Assembly (NCBI GenBank): GCA_039812645.1
Contig: JBDIAV010000004.1
Location: 1,187 to 65,186, forward strand
Direction of reading: 5' to 3'
DNA: 64,000 nt
Origin: Actinomycetaceae bacterium
Lineage (GTDB): Bacteria; Actinomycetota; Actinomycetes; Actinomycetales; Actinomycetaceae
The notes below the pieces were generated by a model, which did no database searches, was not told where the DNA came from, and saw only the letters and a program-made list of their open reading frames with translations. The position numbers and the translations under genes are program-made. How positions within the stretch are numbered: the first letter of the stretch is position 1; every line of letters begins with the position of its first letter. Shown piece by piece: positions 30,295 to 41,117 of this stretch.

Positions 30295-31002
30295 TTAGAT
30301 CGTGGGAACCTCAGCACCGCACTGGGCAGCAAAGGCGTAGGCGATGCGACGGCCGTTATGGGAAACGCGCTTATCCACAGCTTTGAGAACACTGTAGTAA
30401 GGCTCCGAGTTGTTGCCTTGGGATACATGCCACTTAGTCATCAGTTCTGGGCTAGCCTCGGGGTGGAACTGGAGGCTGATGGCAGAACCGTAGCGGTAAA
30501 CCTGGTAGTTGTAGGTGGTCGAGCTTCCAAGGAGCTTGGCATCACGGGGAAGTCGTTCCACGGCATCTCCGTGCGATTGGTAGCCCATGAGAACATGGTC
30601 CTGCGAGACCAAACCGATAATCGGATCGTCGACGGCGGCCTCGGTGAGAGTTATCTCCACCGCGCCCTCTTCATAGCCGAACGGTCCCGGTACTGCTACG
30701 TGGCCGTGCAGTGCCTGAGTAAGGATTTGGTGACCGAGGCAGATAGCCATGACGGGGATATCTCGTGAAATTGCTTCGGCGAGCAGCCAGCCGACGGGTT
30801 CGATCCACGGGTGATCAATGCCGTCGTGCGCGCTCATGCGGCCACCAAGGAGAACAACCCCATCGGCGAGATCATCAATCGACGGTACCGGGTCTTCCCA
30901 TAGGTGAACCGTCTCCATGGTGAGTCCGCATTCACTGAACCACGTCCCAAAGCGATCAATAGGGCATTCGGGATCAGGTTGCAGGATGGTTACGCTCGCC
31001 AT
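30295..31002 (-). CDS. Type 1 glutamine amidotransferase domain protein
   Basis: VLLGG, AICLGHQ (Cys nucleophile), SHGDAV and QFHPE motifs. Confidence 0.9.
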   Translation of the reverse strand: MASVTILQPDPECPIDRFGTWFSECGLTMETVHLWEDPVPSIDDLADGVVLLGGRMSAHDGIDHPWIEPVGWLLAEAISRDIPVMAICLGHQILTQALHGHVAVPGPFGYEEGAVEITLTEAAVDDPIIGLVSQDHVLMGYQSHGDAVERLPRDAKLLGSSTTYNYQVYRYGSAISLQFHPEASPELMTKWHVSQGNNSEPYYSVLKAVDKRVSHNGRRIAYAFAAQCGAEVPTI

Positions 31003-31284
31003 GTTGTTAATTCTCTCAGGATTATCACCACAAGAGCCCCCTCCGAGGACGTGAGACTGCTTACCTGGGGATATATTCCCTGGTCAGGCTTGTTAGGTAT
31101 GTCAAGGTCACAAACTGTGGATGTCTCATCGCACATGCATAATCGTTTGAGCATCGATCTCTTGCTCACTTCCACAAGTCCCTTGCTAGCTTGTATAGCT
31201 ACGGGTTGAATGAAAATAGTTGTGCGTGGCGAAATGAGCTCGCGAGGTCAAGGGCCGCGTTGAGGCCCAAGGAAGGACATCACT

Positions 31285-32367
31285 ATGCGGTTTGCCCTGG
31301 TGTTAGGGTCGGGCGGTGCGCGCGGTTTTACCCATATTGGCGTCATTGAGGAACTGAAGGCGCGCGGTCACGATATTGTGGCAATCTCGGGTGCCTCGAT
31401 CGGTGCGCTCGTTGGAGGCTTGGAAGCCGCAGGGACTTTGGACGATTTCTCTGCGTGGGCTTCCGGTCTCAATCAACGTATGGTCTTCCGGATGCTCGAC
31501 TTCACTCTCGCTGGTGCTGGCCTCGTCAAAGCAGATCGACTCCTCCAGGAACTCAACCGCTTTGCCGGTGGCGTGAAAATTGAGGATCTCCCCATTCCCT
31601 TCACCGCGGTTGCCACGGATATTACAGCCGAGCGTGAGGTGTGGTTCCAGCGAGGCTCGCTTACCTCCGCCATTCGTGCGTCGATTGCCATCCCCGGTTT
31701 CTTCACCCCGGTGATGATGCAAGGCCACGTTTTGGTCGACGGCGGGGTGTGTAATCCCGTTCCGGTGGAACCAACGCTCGCGGTTCCCTCTGATGCAACA
31801 ATCGCCGTTTCGCTCGCTGGAGGATCGCCGGTGGTTGAGCCTAGGATTTCTCTTCCTGATGCCAGTGACGTGTCTGAGAGTGACGATGAGCGAGAGTCGT
31901 GGTTCGCTCGCAGTTTCGAGGGTGTCCGCAACTCTGAGCCGGTGCGTTCACTCCATTCCCTCTTTGCGAGCGCCGCTGATTCGAATCGGGATAACGACGG
32001 CGGCGAAGCGTCCGCCCGAGGGTCGGGGAAGGGCGGCGGGCAGCACGTTGGAAAGGACTCCGTGAAAGGTGAGGACCTCGCCGATGCCAGGCCTGGGACG
32101 CCCCCGGTCACCATGACTGACCTACCGGGAAGTGCTGATCTCGTTCAACCGATTGGCATCGATATTTCTACCACCGAGGTGGCATACCAATCCATCTCGA
32201 CGATGCAAAATATGATCGAGCGATACCGGGCGGCGGCTAGCCCCGCTCAGATTCAGATCACAGTCCCATTCGCTAGTGCTGGCACGCTTGACTTCCATCG
32301 TGCCTCGGAGTTGATCGAACTGGGGCGGGAACTTGCGAAGGATGCCTTTGATCGTGCCGGAATATAA
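31285..32367 (+). CDS. Patatin-like phospholipase (RssA/NTE family)
   Basis: GSGGARG, GASIG and VDGG motifs, with an acidic/Gly-rich insert. Confidence 0.9.
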   Translation: MRFALVLGSGGARGFTHIGVIEELKARGHDIVAISGASIGALVGGLEAAGTLDDFSAWASGLNQRMVFRMLDFTLAGAGLVKADRLLQELNRFAGGVKIEDLPIPFTAVATDITAEREVWFQRGSLTSAIRASIAIPGFFTPVMMQGHVLVDGGVCNPVPVEPTLAVPSDATIAVSLAGGSPVVEPRISLPDASDVSESDDERESWFARSFEGVRNSEPVRSLHSLFASAADSNRDNDGGEASARGSGKGGGQHVGKDSVKGEDLADARPGTPPVTMTDLPGSADLVQPIGIDISTTEVAYQSISTMQNMIERYRAAASPAQIQITVPFASAGTLDFHRASELIELGRELAKDAFDRAGI

Positions 32368-32555
32368 TGGTCTGCGTATAACTATTCGACATTGAGGTTG
32401 GTTATTCTCACCGCTCGTATAGCGTCAATTTTCGGGTGAAAATCGGAGAAAAGTGCCGCGCCTCTCGCTCCGGTAGGTAGAAATTCCGAGGTGGTGAGCA
32501 AACGCACCATAGCAGGGGTGTAAAGAGTGCTCGCGCACCAGTAATCTAGCTAATC

Positions 32556-33965
32556 GTGCTTGCAAACTACTCCGATATTCTCAGACTCCACAATGCCTGG
32601 AAATTCTCGCTGGCGGGCTTCATCCTGCGCCTGCCGATGTCGCTCGTGGGCATCTCGACCATTCTTCTTGTGAAGGCCGAGTATGGCAACTACACCCTTG
32701 CCGGTGCGGTGAGCGCAGCGAATATGATTGCGCTTGCTGTTGGTGCGCCCATTCTTGCGCGCCTTGTTGATACCCGTGGACAGCGTCGGGTGATGGCTCC
32801 TGCCTTCACCGTCTCCGCTCTCTCCCTGGCGGGTCTCGTGGTGACGGCGGTTTCCCACGGTCCCGCAGCGCTCCTGTTCCTTTTCGCCATGACGGCCGGC
32901 GCCACCTGGGGTGCGCCGGGAGCGCTGGTACGCTCGCGCTGGATGAAGACGGTCGATTCGCCGCGCCAGCTCACCACCGCTTACGCCCTAGAAGCAGCAG
33001 TCGATGAGTTTACCTTCATCATTGGCCCTATCCTTGCCACAATGCTCGGCACTCTCGTGCATCCCGCAGCGGGACTCATCCTCGCTGTTACCTTCCTCAG
33101 TGTGGGTGGTGTCCTCTTCCTCTCCCAGACTGATTCCGAGCCGGAACCCACCCCGCGTGTTAAGGGTGAGTCGATGCCATCGGTCATGCTCAACCCCGTG
33201 GTTATCGCGCTCGCGCTGACCTACGTGGGTGCTGGTTCCATGTTTGGCGCCATTGACGTTTCTGTGGTGGCCTTTACCGAGTTCCACGGAGTTGCCGCGT
33301 TCGCTGGCTCACTTTTGGCACTCTTCGCCCTGGGGTCGCTCACGGCCGCGTTGATCTATGGCTCGCGCAGCTGGCGCCAGCCCCTGTGGAAGCTCTTCGC
33401 CATTGGCATTACGTTGCTGGCGCTTGGTGCTACCACGCTGCTGGCGGCTGGAAACGTGTGGTTGCTCGGCCTCATCCTGCTCATTACCGGTCTGACGATC
33501 GCGCCCACCATGACGAACGTCAATATGATCGTTGCCAAGGTAGTCCCCAAGCGGCAGCTGACCGAGGGGCTCACGTGGATGTCCACGGCCATGAACATTG
33601 GTACATCGCTGGGTGCAGCTGCGGGTGGCCGTGCCATTGATGCCTCCGGCGCGCACGGTGGCTTCCTCGTTGTTGTCGTTGCCGCATGGCTCATGGTGCT
33701 GCTCATGCTGGCTGGTCTACCGCGGCTTCGTCGTGACACCGAACGTGTCGAGACGACAGAACGTAGTGAACGATTGCGTGAACTCTTGGAGGGCGAGTCC
33801 CAGGCAGCTGATCTCGTCAGCGCCTCCGATAACGCAATCGAAGCGGACGTCGTCGTCGACAAAAACGACAAAGCCACTCGTACGCTGGCTGACGATCTCC
33901 GGAACGACGGCGAATCCCGCGAGCGCTCAGAAGATGCAACTCGTATCTTCGTCGCCGGAAGCTGA
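32556..33965 (+). CDS. MFS transporter
   Basis: About 12 TMs, ARLVDTRGQRRV loop motif and an acidic cytoplasmic tail. Confidence 0.9.
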   Translation: MLANYSDILRLHNAWKFSLAGFILRLPMSLVGISTILLVKAEYGNYTLAGAVSAANMIALAVGAPILARLVDTRGQRRVMAPAFTVSALSLAGLVVTAVSHGPAALLFLFAMTAGATWGAPGALVRSRWMKTVDSPRQLTTAYALEAAVDEFTFIIGPILATMLGTLVHPAAGLILAVTFLSVGGVLFLSQTDSEPEPTPRVKGESMPSVMLNPVVIALALTYVGAGSMFGAIDVSVVAFTEFHGVAAFAGSLLALFALGSLTAALIYGSRSWRQPLWKLFAIGITLLALGATTLLAAGNVWLLGLILLITGLTIAPTMTNVNMIVAKVVPKRQLTEGLTWMSTAMNIGTSLGAAAGGRAIDASGAHGGFLVVVVAAWLMVLLMLAGLPRLRRDTERVETTERSERLRELLEGESQAADLVSASDNAIEADVVVDKNDKATRTLADDLRNDGESRERSEDATRIFVAGS

Positions 33966-34015
33966 CGTTCGCTGTAACCACTAGTTAGTTTTCATCGCGG
34001 AGAGTTCCGCCGTGC

Positions 34016-34057
34016 AAGGGCCCCATTGATGCCTCATGAGCTATCAATGGGGCCCTT
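34016..34057 (+). terminator. Terminator after the MFS gene
   Basis: AAGGGCCCCATTGAT-N12-ATCAATGGGGCCCTT, 15-bp stem abutting the TAGAAT -10 of the next gene. Confidence 0.7.
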
Positions 34058-34069
34058 AGAATATGTGGC

Positions 34070-34669
34070 ATGGATATCCAGAAGGCGCGTCGCCGCGACA
34101 TCCCCACCCTTGCGAAACTACTCACTCAGGGTTTCGCTGACGATCCGCTGCTTGCTGAGTACGTGGCCCGTTCGCGTGACCCAGAGGTGGCCCTTGAACG
34201 CTTCTTCACCACCGAGCTGGAGAAGTTCTACATCCCGCGTGGGGTGGTGGACCTCGTGAAAGACGACGGGATGATTAAAGGCGCGGCGCTCTGGGTGAGC
34301 CCCGATGCCCCGATTCGGCGCCGTGATGAACTTCGGATGTTCCCTGGTTTGGTGCGGGCTCTCGGCCGGAGCCTACCGCGCGCGATGCGCATCGACTATC
34401 ACGACGCCGCTGCCGTGCCGGGCTTCCCGCACTGGTACCTCTACACAATCGTGGTGTCCCCGCAAGCTCAGGGGCAGGGGATCGGCGGTGTCCTGCTGGA
34501 TTACGGGATTGCACGCGCCGGTGACTATCCGATCTATCTCGAGTCAACCACGCCCGGTTCGCGCAAACTGTACGAACGCAAGGGATTCTTTCCGCTTGGC
34601 GTCATTCCTTCACCGAGTGAGTCCCCAGAAGTGGGGATGTGGCGGCCCGGGCGAGTTGTCACGGGGTGA
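34070..34669 (+). CDS. GNAT acetyltransferase
   Basis: GFADDP, GAALW, HWYLYTIVVSPQAQGQGIG and YLEST motifs. Confidence 0.9.
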   Translation: MDIQKARRRDIPTLAKLLTQGFADDPLLAEYVARSRDPEVALERFFTTELEKFYIPRGVVDLVKDDGMIKGAALWVSPDAPIRRRDELRMFPGLVRALGRSLPRAMRIDYHDAAAVPGFPHWYLYTIVVSPQAQGQGIGGVLLDYGIARAGDYPIYLESTTPGSRKLYERKGFFPLGVIPSPSESPEVGMWRPGRVVTG

Positions 34670-34709
34670 GAGGGAGCCAGAAACTTGTAGAGGCCTGAAT
34701 AATAGCGTC

Positions 34710-34756
34710 GTAATCAGCACTGGCCTGTACCTCTCGTACAGGTCGGTGCTTATTAC
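34710..34756. terminator. Long hairpin after the GNAT gene
   Basis: GTAATCAGCACTGGCCTGTAC-CTCTC-GTACAGGTCGGTGCTTATTAC, about 20 bp with G-U pairs. Confidence 0.55.
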
Positions 34757-34836
34757 CACACCGAAAATATGATCTTTACGCATCATCTGGAGTACTGGGA
34801 AGCTGTAAGCAGTCCTGAGTGGATGATAGGTGTAGT

Positions 34837-34884
34837 ACAGCAGGTGGGCTGGCCGGATTCGCATCCGGCCAGCCCACCTGCTGT
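34837..34884 (-). terminator. Terminator after kup
   Basis: ACAGCAGGTGGGCTGGCCGGAT-TCGC-ATCCGGCCAGCCCACCTGCTGT, 22-bp perfect stem. Confidence 0.78.
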
Positions 34885-34897
34885 TGTATTTGCACCT

Positions 34898-36823
34898 CTA
34901 AATGACGATTCTCGTGGAAATCTCGGCCGTACGCCTAGGCGGAAGCTTGATGGTCCACTGTGGGGAGGCGCTGACGTGGGTCAGCCACACAAAGACGCGC
35001 TTGCGCCAGATAGACATCGTGGACTCAGGCCCGGCGAATACGTTGAGATGCGAGAGCATGAAGAACGCGCTGTCGAGCTTCCAGGATTGCAAACCGAGAG
35101 CTGCTTGCCCATCGGCGAGAGCCTTTTCCAAATCACGGTTGTCCATGAACCCGAAGTTGAGCGTCAGGTGGAAAACGCCCGGCAGTGGACTGGCGATTTT
35201 GTCAATGCACATGCGTTCGTTCGGCGGAACGTGCGGAGTGTGGTGGGTGCGCAGGGACACGATAATAACGTGGTCGTGCAAAGTGTGATTGACCGCTGTG
35301 TTCACTTTGAGGGAGAGCGGGGTGGTTGTCATCATGGAATGTGGGTAGATCGCCGTACCGGGAATGCGGCGGGCAGGCTTCTTTGAGAGCGCTTCAAGGA
35401 ACTCGTAGAGCGTCCCCTCCTGGTCCATGCGGGCGCGTTTAACGAGATACTCTCCCTTGTTCCAGGTGGTCATGATGAAAAACATGAGTAGTGCAATACC
35501 AAGTGGCAGCCATCCTCCGGTGAAAATCTTCGTGAGATTCGCGGCGAACATCGGCCATTCGAGGGCCGCCAGTCCGACAAACAGTATGCCGGTAGCCCAC
35601 ACGGGCCAGTGCCAGCCGATCCGGGTAAGCAGAACGAGAAGGGCAGACGTCAGTACGAAGTCTGTGGTCACGGCCAAGCCGTACGCGCTGGAGAGTCGGT
35701 CGGAGTCTTGAAAGATGATGATGACGGTGGCCACGGCACAGAAAAGGAGGCCGTTGACTGCCGGGAGATAGATCTGGCCCGCGGCGGACTCAGAAGTATG
35801 CACGATCTTCAGGTGGGGAAGATACCCGAGCCGCGAGGCCTGCCGAGCAATGGAATAAGCGCCCGAGATGACAGCCTGCGATGCAATGAGCGTGGCAAAG
35901 GTTGCCATCGCGACGAGCACCACGGTCATACTGCGGGGAACGAGGAGGAAGAAGGGATTGGCGATGTTGGCGGCGTCGTCGATAAGGAGGGCGCCCTGTC
36001 CGAGGTAGTTGAGAACGAGAGAGGGAAGCACGATGGCGGCCCAGGTGAGTTGGATAGGGGTGCGCCCAAAGTGTGAAATATCCGCGTACAGGGCCTCCGC
36101 GCCGGTGACTGCGAGAACAGTGGCACCCAGGGCAACAAATGCGGCGGCAGGGTGGCCGAGCATGAAGTGAGCCGCTTCGGAAGGGAGCAGAGCAACGAGG
36201 ACGTGAGGATTTGCCACGATGTGAGGGAGGCCCGCGGCGGCCAGGGCGAGGAACCAGAGGGCCATAATGGGGCCAAATACACGGCCCACCTTGGAGGTTC
36301 CGGAGCGTTGGACAGCGAAGAGAGCTGTAAGAATTGCCAGCGAGACGGGGAGCACGATGTCCGGCATGGATGGGAATGCTACGTCCAAGCCTTCAATTGC
36401 AGACAATACGGAGATAGCCGGGGTAATAACCGAATCCCCGAAGAACAGTGCCGCCCCGAACACTCCCGCAAATGCCACAACGACCGAGAGTCGTTTGCCC
36501 GGCGTGAGATGGCCACGAACGAGGGTTGCGAGCGCGAGGATGCCGCCTTCGCCGTCGTTATCCGCGCGAAGAACGAAGGTGACGTACTTCAGGGTGACAA
36601 TAAGAACGAGAGTCCAAATGATGCAGGAAATGACGCCAAGAATATTCTCTTCCGTCAACGCAACCTGGCCGTTTCCAATGGTGAAGACGGTGCGCATGAC
36701 ATAGAGGGGACTGGTGCCGATATCGCCAAAAACGACACCGAGGGCACCTAAGCCGAGAAGCGCAGTTTTCTTAGCCGGGAGGGCGGCGCGATCGCCTCGT
36801 GTGGCTGAACCCAAGTGGATCAT
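34898..36823 (-). CDS. kup: KUP/HAK/KT potassium uptake protein
   Basis: GVVFGDIGTSPLY, DNDGEGG, FGDSVITPAISVLSAIEG, TGAEALYAD.HFG and YLGQGA motifs. Start refined to ATG 36823. Confidence 0.95.
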   Translation of the reverse strand: MIHLGSATRGDRAALPAKKTALLGLGALGVVFGDIGTSPLYVMRTVFTIGNGQVALTEENILGVISCIIWTLVLIVTLKYVTFVLRADNDGEGGILALATLVRGHLTPGKRLSVVVAFAGVFGAALFFGDSVITPAISVLSAIEGLDVAFPSMPDIVLPVSLAILTALFAVQRSGTSKVGRVFGPIMALWFLALAAAGLPHIVANPHVLVALLPSEAAHFMLGHPAAAFVALGATVLAVTGAEALYADISHFGRTPIQLTWAAIVLPSLVLNYLGQGALLIDDAANIANPFFLLVPRSMTVVLVAMATFATLIASQAVISGAYSIARQASRLGYLPHLKIVHTSESAAGQIYLPAVNGLLFCAVATVIIIFQDSDRLSSAYGLAVTTDFVLTSALLVLLTRIGWHWPVWATGILFVGLAALEWPMFAANLTKIFTGGWLPLGIALLMFFIMTTWNKGEYLVKRARMDQEGTLYEFLEALSKKPARRIPGTAIYPHSMMTTTPLSLKVNTAVNHTLHDHVIIVSLRTHHTPHVPPNERMCIDKIASPLPGVFHLTLNFGFMDNRDLEKALADGQAALGLQSWKLDSAFFMLSHLNVFAGPESTMSIWRKRVFVWLTHVSASPQWTIKLPPRRTAEISTRIVI

Positions 36824-37117
36824 GAAGTGAAATCGTACGCCCGAAAGGAGCAAATTCCAATACCCACAAGAGCTGATTTTTGACCTGTAAATCACTGTGA
36901 ATATGGGTCGTTTCTAGGACTAACGGCGCGATAATCCCCGGTTTGTTTTGGGAGTGATGGCCCGTCGCGGGTTGCTTCCATAATGTGGTTTTGTTAGGGC
37001 GAACCTGCCGTGTGCGTCACGGGCAGGTCACCGTGCGCTGAAAAGAGGCTGAACAGTGTGCGCCCGATGCGCGGTCGGTCCGGTTGAGCCGCGTACATCG
37101 GTTTACACTTGGTAATT

Positions 37118-38398
37118 ATGCAGATGGGAAAACAAGACGATCTCAGGGCGGCGCCGGAATTGGAGTACGCGAGAGACCTCGCAGCCTTCATCTCAGCTTC
37201 GCCGTCGAGTTACCATGCGGCGTGCGAGGTGGCGCGCAGGCTGGAGACAGCCGGTTACCTTGAGCAGGACGAAGGTCAGCCGTGGAATGCTCAGCCGGGA
37301 GGGCACTACTTCGTTCGTGACGGCGCTGTCATGGCCTGGTGGGTTCCTCGGGGTGCATCGAGTTCCAACGCCTTCCGTATTGTCGGTTCCCACACGGATT
37401 CCCCCGGATTCAAGGTCAAGCCCACCCCGGGCGTGGAACATCATGGATTCTCGCAGGTCAACGTCGAGACCTATGGCGGATTGCTTCGTAACTCGTGGCT
37501 CAACCGTGAACTGGGACTGGCTGGCCGCCTCGTGACGATCGACGGTGAAGAGCACCTCGTCCGCACCGACGCCCTGATGGTGATCCCGCAGCTGGCACCC
37601 CACCTGGACCGTTCCGTTAGCGAAAAATTGACCCTCAACCCGCAAAAGCACCTGCATCCAATCTGGGGACTCGGCGGGGGAGACGTGTTTGAGGTGCTGG
37701 CGGATGCCGCACGAGTAGCCTCCGACGAAATCGCAGGAATGGACGTCTTCGCCTACGATTGTCAGCCTCCGGAGATTGTGTCCGATACCTTCTTCGCGTC
37801 GGGCCGCCAGGACAATCTTGTTTCGGTGCACGCCTCGCTGCGTGCCCTGCTCGATGCGGAACCCACGGAGATTGCGGTGCTCGCCGCTTTCGACCACGAA
37901 GAAGTGGGCTCGTCCACGGCTACCGGTGCCTGTGGTCCGATCCTAGAAACAGTGCTGCGCCGCACCGCGCTCGCGATCGGAGCCTCGGAGGACGAGTTCT
38001 TTCAAATGATGTCCCGCTCCAGCTGTGTCAGCTCGGACGCCGGGCATTCCGTCAATCCAAATTATCCGGAATTCCACGATCCTGATCAGCACCCCGTGAT
38101 GGGGGCGGGACCGATGCTGAAGATCAATGCCAACCAGCGTTACGCGTCGGGCGCGAAGGGCCAGGCCCTGTGGCTGCAGGCGTGTTTTGAGTCTGGGCAG
38201 GCAACGCAGGAGTTCGTCTCGAACAACGCTGTGACCTGCGGCAGCACAATTGGGCCGCTGACGGCTACTCGCTTAGGTATTGAAACCGTCGACGTCGGCG
38301 TGCCGCTCCTGTCCATGCATTCGGCTCGCGAGCTCTCATCCATCGCGGACTGTTACTCTCTGTCTCTCATCCTCCGGGGGTATTGGAACCTTGCATAA
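37118..38398 (+). CDS. M18 family (aspartyl) aminopeptidase
   Basis: ASPSSYHA, GSHTDSP, YGG.LRNSWLNRELG.AG, DHEEVGS, SDAGH and SMHSARE motifs. Confidence 0.93.
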   Translation: MQMGKQDDLRAAPELEYARDLAAFISASPSSYHAACEVARRLETAGYLEQDEGQPWNAQPGGHYFVRDGAVMAWWVPRGASSSNAFRIVGSHTDSPGFKVKPTPGVEHHGFSQVNVETYGGLLRNSWLNRELGLAGRLVTIDGEEHLVRTDALMVIPQLAPHLDRSVSEKLTLNPQKHLHPIWGLGGGDVFEVLADAARVASDEIAGMDVFAYDCQPPEIVSDTFFASGRQDNLVSVHASLRALLDAEPTEIAVLAAFDHEEVGSSTATGACGPILETVLRRTALAIGASEDEFFQMMSRSSCVSSDAGHSVNPNYPEFHDPDQHPVMGAGPMLKINANQRYASGAKGQALWLQACFESGQATQEFVSNNAVTCGSTIGPLTATRLGIETVDVGVPLLSMHSARELSSIADCYSLSLILRGYWNLA

Positions 38399-40022
38399 AC
38401 CTCCGATTTTTAATGCCGCGCGAGCGCTCGATCAGGCCGCTTTCGCCCACCCGACGCGTCCCTCGCTTACTTACGGCGAAACTGTTCTGTCAGTTGCCGA
38501 CGCCGCCTTGATGTCCCGTAAGTTGGCCCAGCTTCTCGCGCAGGCTGGAGTCGCCCGCGGAGATCGCGTCATGATCGCCTCTCATAACTCGCCTTACCAT
38601 CTCGTCGCCTACATTGCGTGTGCGCGCCTGGGCGCGGTGTTCGTTCCCGTCTCTTTCCGGCTCACCCAGGTAGAACTCCAGCAGCTGGTTGACTTCTGTG
38701 GGCCGCGAGCGATTATTTGTGAGCCCGAGATCGCCGCACGCGGTTCACTTGCCTCCACCGGAACGCTACTTCAGTTTGTTATCGACGACGACGTCCAGGC
38801 CGGCCCGCTTTCGTCCGGGCTTGCGAATGGTTATCTGGCATTGGCAGCGGCGATGAGCCCCTATGACGGCCTCGTGGTCTCGGATACCAAGCACGAGGGG
38901 ATTGAGGGACTCAATCAGCAGGGTTATCCCGATGGTCTGGCGGCGATTCTCTTTACGTCGGGCAGCGCAGGTATTCCCAAAGCGGTGAAGCTGACCCACG
39001 CGAACCTGTGGTGGGCGGCGCGTGGGTTCCGAGACGGATTCGAATACCGCACGAATGAGACCGTCCTTGCTGTAGCCCCGCTCGCGCATATCGGTGCTTT
39101 TAACGGCACCACGTTGGACCTGTTCAGCAATGGTGGTCATGTGGTGATCCAGCGGAACTTCGATCCGGGAGAGACCCTGCGTCTTATCGAGGAGAAGAGG
39201 ATCAATATCGTCTTCGGTGTTCCGACGATGTATATGGCACTTATGGCACACGCTGATTTTGCCACCCGTGATCTGTCCTCATGGCGATTGCCCCTCGTGG
39301 GCGGCTCACAGGTACCGGCACCGCTTCTTGGGCGTTTGGCCGCCCGTGGATTGCGTCCCCTCAACGTGTGGGGTATGACGGAGAATGCCGCTGCGGGAAC
39401 GTATCTTCCCTTCGAGCACTGCCCTGAACATCCCGGGTCAATTGGACGTCCCTTCGCCTACCTGGAGATGCAGCTTCTTGATCCGCTGACACTCGACGTG
39501 GCTTCCCCCGATACCGTGGGGGAAATCGTTGTGCGTGGTCCGAGCGTGACTTCAGGATTCTGGCACGGAGAGCACTACAACGAGACAGCTTTTGTTGATG
39601 ACTGGCTGCGCACTGGCGACCTTGCCCAAGTGAGCAGCGACGGTTTTGTCACCATCGTGGGGCGGCTCTTTGATCGGATTACAACGGGCGGCGAGTCGGT
39701 GTATCCGGATGAGATCGAAGAGGTCCTGCGGCAATACCCGGGTGTCTCCGAAGCTGTTGTTTGTGGTGTCCCCGATGAGGTGTGGGGGGAGACCGTCGTC
39801 GCTGGTATTTCGGTGGAACCGGATACGCCAGAACCTACCCTTGTGGACGTGCAGACATTTGCGAGCCAGGTATTGGCCCGCTACAAGCTGCCACGTTATC
39901 TGGCTGTGTTCCCTTCGATGCCGGTTAGCAATGCGGACAAGATCAATCGGACGGCGGTGCGTGAGGCGATTATAAATCTCATGGCGCAGAGCACGCCGCC
40001 GTCTAGCTCATCCGGGCAGTAA
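38391..40022 (+). CDS. AMP-binding acyl-CoA synthetase (FadD/MenE-like)
   Basis: LFTSGSAGIPKAV, WGMTE and WLRTGDL motifs. Probable TTG start at 38391 overlapping the M18 stop (start uncertain). Confidence 0.88.
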   Translation: MHKPPIFNAARALDQAAFAHPTRPSLTYGETVLSVADAALMSRKLAQLLAQAGVARGDRVMIASHNSPYHLVAYIACARLGAVFVPVSFRLTQVELQQLVDFCGPRAIICEPEIAARGSLASTGTLLQFVIDDDVQAGPLSSGLANGYLALAAAMSPYDGLVVSDTKHEGIEGLNQQGYPDGLAAILFTSGSAGIPKAVKLTHANLWWAARGFRDGFEYRTNETVLAVAPLAHIGAFNGTTLDLFSNGGHVVIQRNFDPGETLRLIEEKRINIVFGVPTMYMALMAHADFATRDLSSWRLPLVGGSQVPAPLLGRLAARGLRPLNVWGMTENAAAGTYLPFEHCPEHPGSIGRPFAYLEMQLLDPLTLDVASPDTVGEIVVRGPSVTSGFWHGEHYNETAFVDDWLRTGDLAQVSSDGFVTIVGRLFDRITTGGESVYPDEIEEVLRQYPGVSEAVVCGVPDEVWGETVVAGISVEPDTPEPTLVDVQTFASQVLARYKLPRYLAVFPSMPVSNADKINRTAVREAIINLMAQSTPPSSSSGQ

Positions 40023-40028
40023 ACAAGC

Positions 40029-40066
40029 CGGGCGTAGTGGCGCAAATATTCGCGCCACTACGCCCG
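40029..40066. terminator. Bidirectional terminator
   Basis: CGGGCGTAGTGGCGC-N8-GCGCCACTACGCCCG between convergent genes. Confidence 0.72.
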
Positions 40067-40094
40067 ATTTCTTATGAAGTGAAGCGGGCCCGCG

Positions 40095-41117
40095 CTACAC
40101 CCGAGCGAACTGCGGGTGCTTGGCGATGAGCGAGCTTGCCTCCTGGCGAGCGGTGCTTGGCTGAGCGAGGTGACGCAGGTTCTCCGGGATCTCCCAGCCC
40201 TTCTTGTCCATCGCCATGCCCCAGAGGCGGCCGGCGCGGTAGGAGGAACGGACCAGGGGCCCGGACATCACACCCGCGAAGCCCATCTTCTCGCCCAGCT
40301 CCTTGAGCTCGACGAACTCGTTGGGCTTCACCCAGCGATCGATGGGGTGATGTAGGGGAGTGGGGCGTAGGTACTGCGTGATGGTCAGCAGGTCACAGGA
40401 GTTCTCGCGCAGATCGTGCATGGCCTCCTCAATTTCCTCGCGGGTTTCACCCATGCCGAGGATGAGATTGGACTTTGTTACCAGTCCCTCCTCGGAGGCC
40501 ATCGCGAGGATGTCGAGTGAACGCTCATAACGGAAGGCTGGGCGGATCTTTTTGAAGATGCGCGGCACCGTCTCCACGTTGTGCGCGAATACCTCGGGCC
40601 GGGACTCGAACACCGCCAGCAGCGCTGCCGGATCGCCCTTGAAATCGTCCACGAGCAACTCCACGCCGGTGCCGGGACACATCGCGTGGATCTGACGGCA
40701 GGTCTCAGCGTAGATCCACGAGGCACCGTCCGGTAGGTCGTCACGCGCCACACCTGTGACCGTGGCGTAGCGCAGGCCAAGCTGCTTGACAGACTCGGCC
40801 ACGCGGCGTGGCTCGCCACGGTCCAACATCTTTGGCTTGCCCGTGGCAATCATGCAGAAGTCGCAGCGGCGGGTACACTCGGCGCCGCCAACCAGGAAGG
40901 TGGCCTCGCGGTCTTCCCAACACTCGTAGATGTTCGGACAGCCAGCTTCCTCGCAGACCGTATGAAGGGTGGAGCCGTGCACCAGGGACTTCATATCCTG
41001 GTATTCCTCACCCACCGTCGCGGTGGTGCGAATCCACTCGGGCTTTTTCTCAATCGGGGTCTGAGCATTCCGCGCTTCGACGCGTAGAAGCTTACGACCT
41101 TCTGGTGCTGGAGACAT
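40095..41117 (-). CDS. lipA: Lipoyl synthase
   Basis: [20 protein letters not shown] (radical SAM) and RSSY motifs. Confidence 0.97.
   Translation of the reverse strand: MSPAPEGRKLLRVEARNAQTPIEKKPEWIRTTATVGEEYQDMKSLVHGSTLHTVCEEAGCPNIYECWEDREATFLVGGAECTRRCDFCMIATGKPKMLDRGEPRRVAESVKQLGLRYATVTGVARDDLPDGASWIYAETCRQIHAMCPGTGVELLVDDFKGDPAALLAVFESRPEVFAHNVETVPRIFKKIRPAFRYERSLDILAMASEEGLVTKSNLILGMGETREEIEEAMHDLRENSCDLLTITQYLRPTPLHHPIDRWVKPNEFVELKELGEKMGFAGVMSGPLVRSSYRAGRLWGMAMDKKGWEIPENLRHLAQPSTARQEASSLIAKHPQFARV

Noticed and set aside
36824-37117. c-di-AMP (ydaO) riboswitch upstream of kup
   Set aside because: No ydaO core motifs are found on the kup (minus) strand. A GTTAGGGCGAACCTGCC hairpin at about 36993-37028 is on the other strand and lacks the rest of the consensus.
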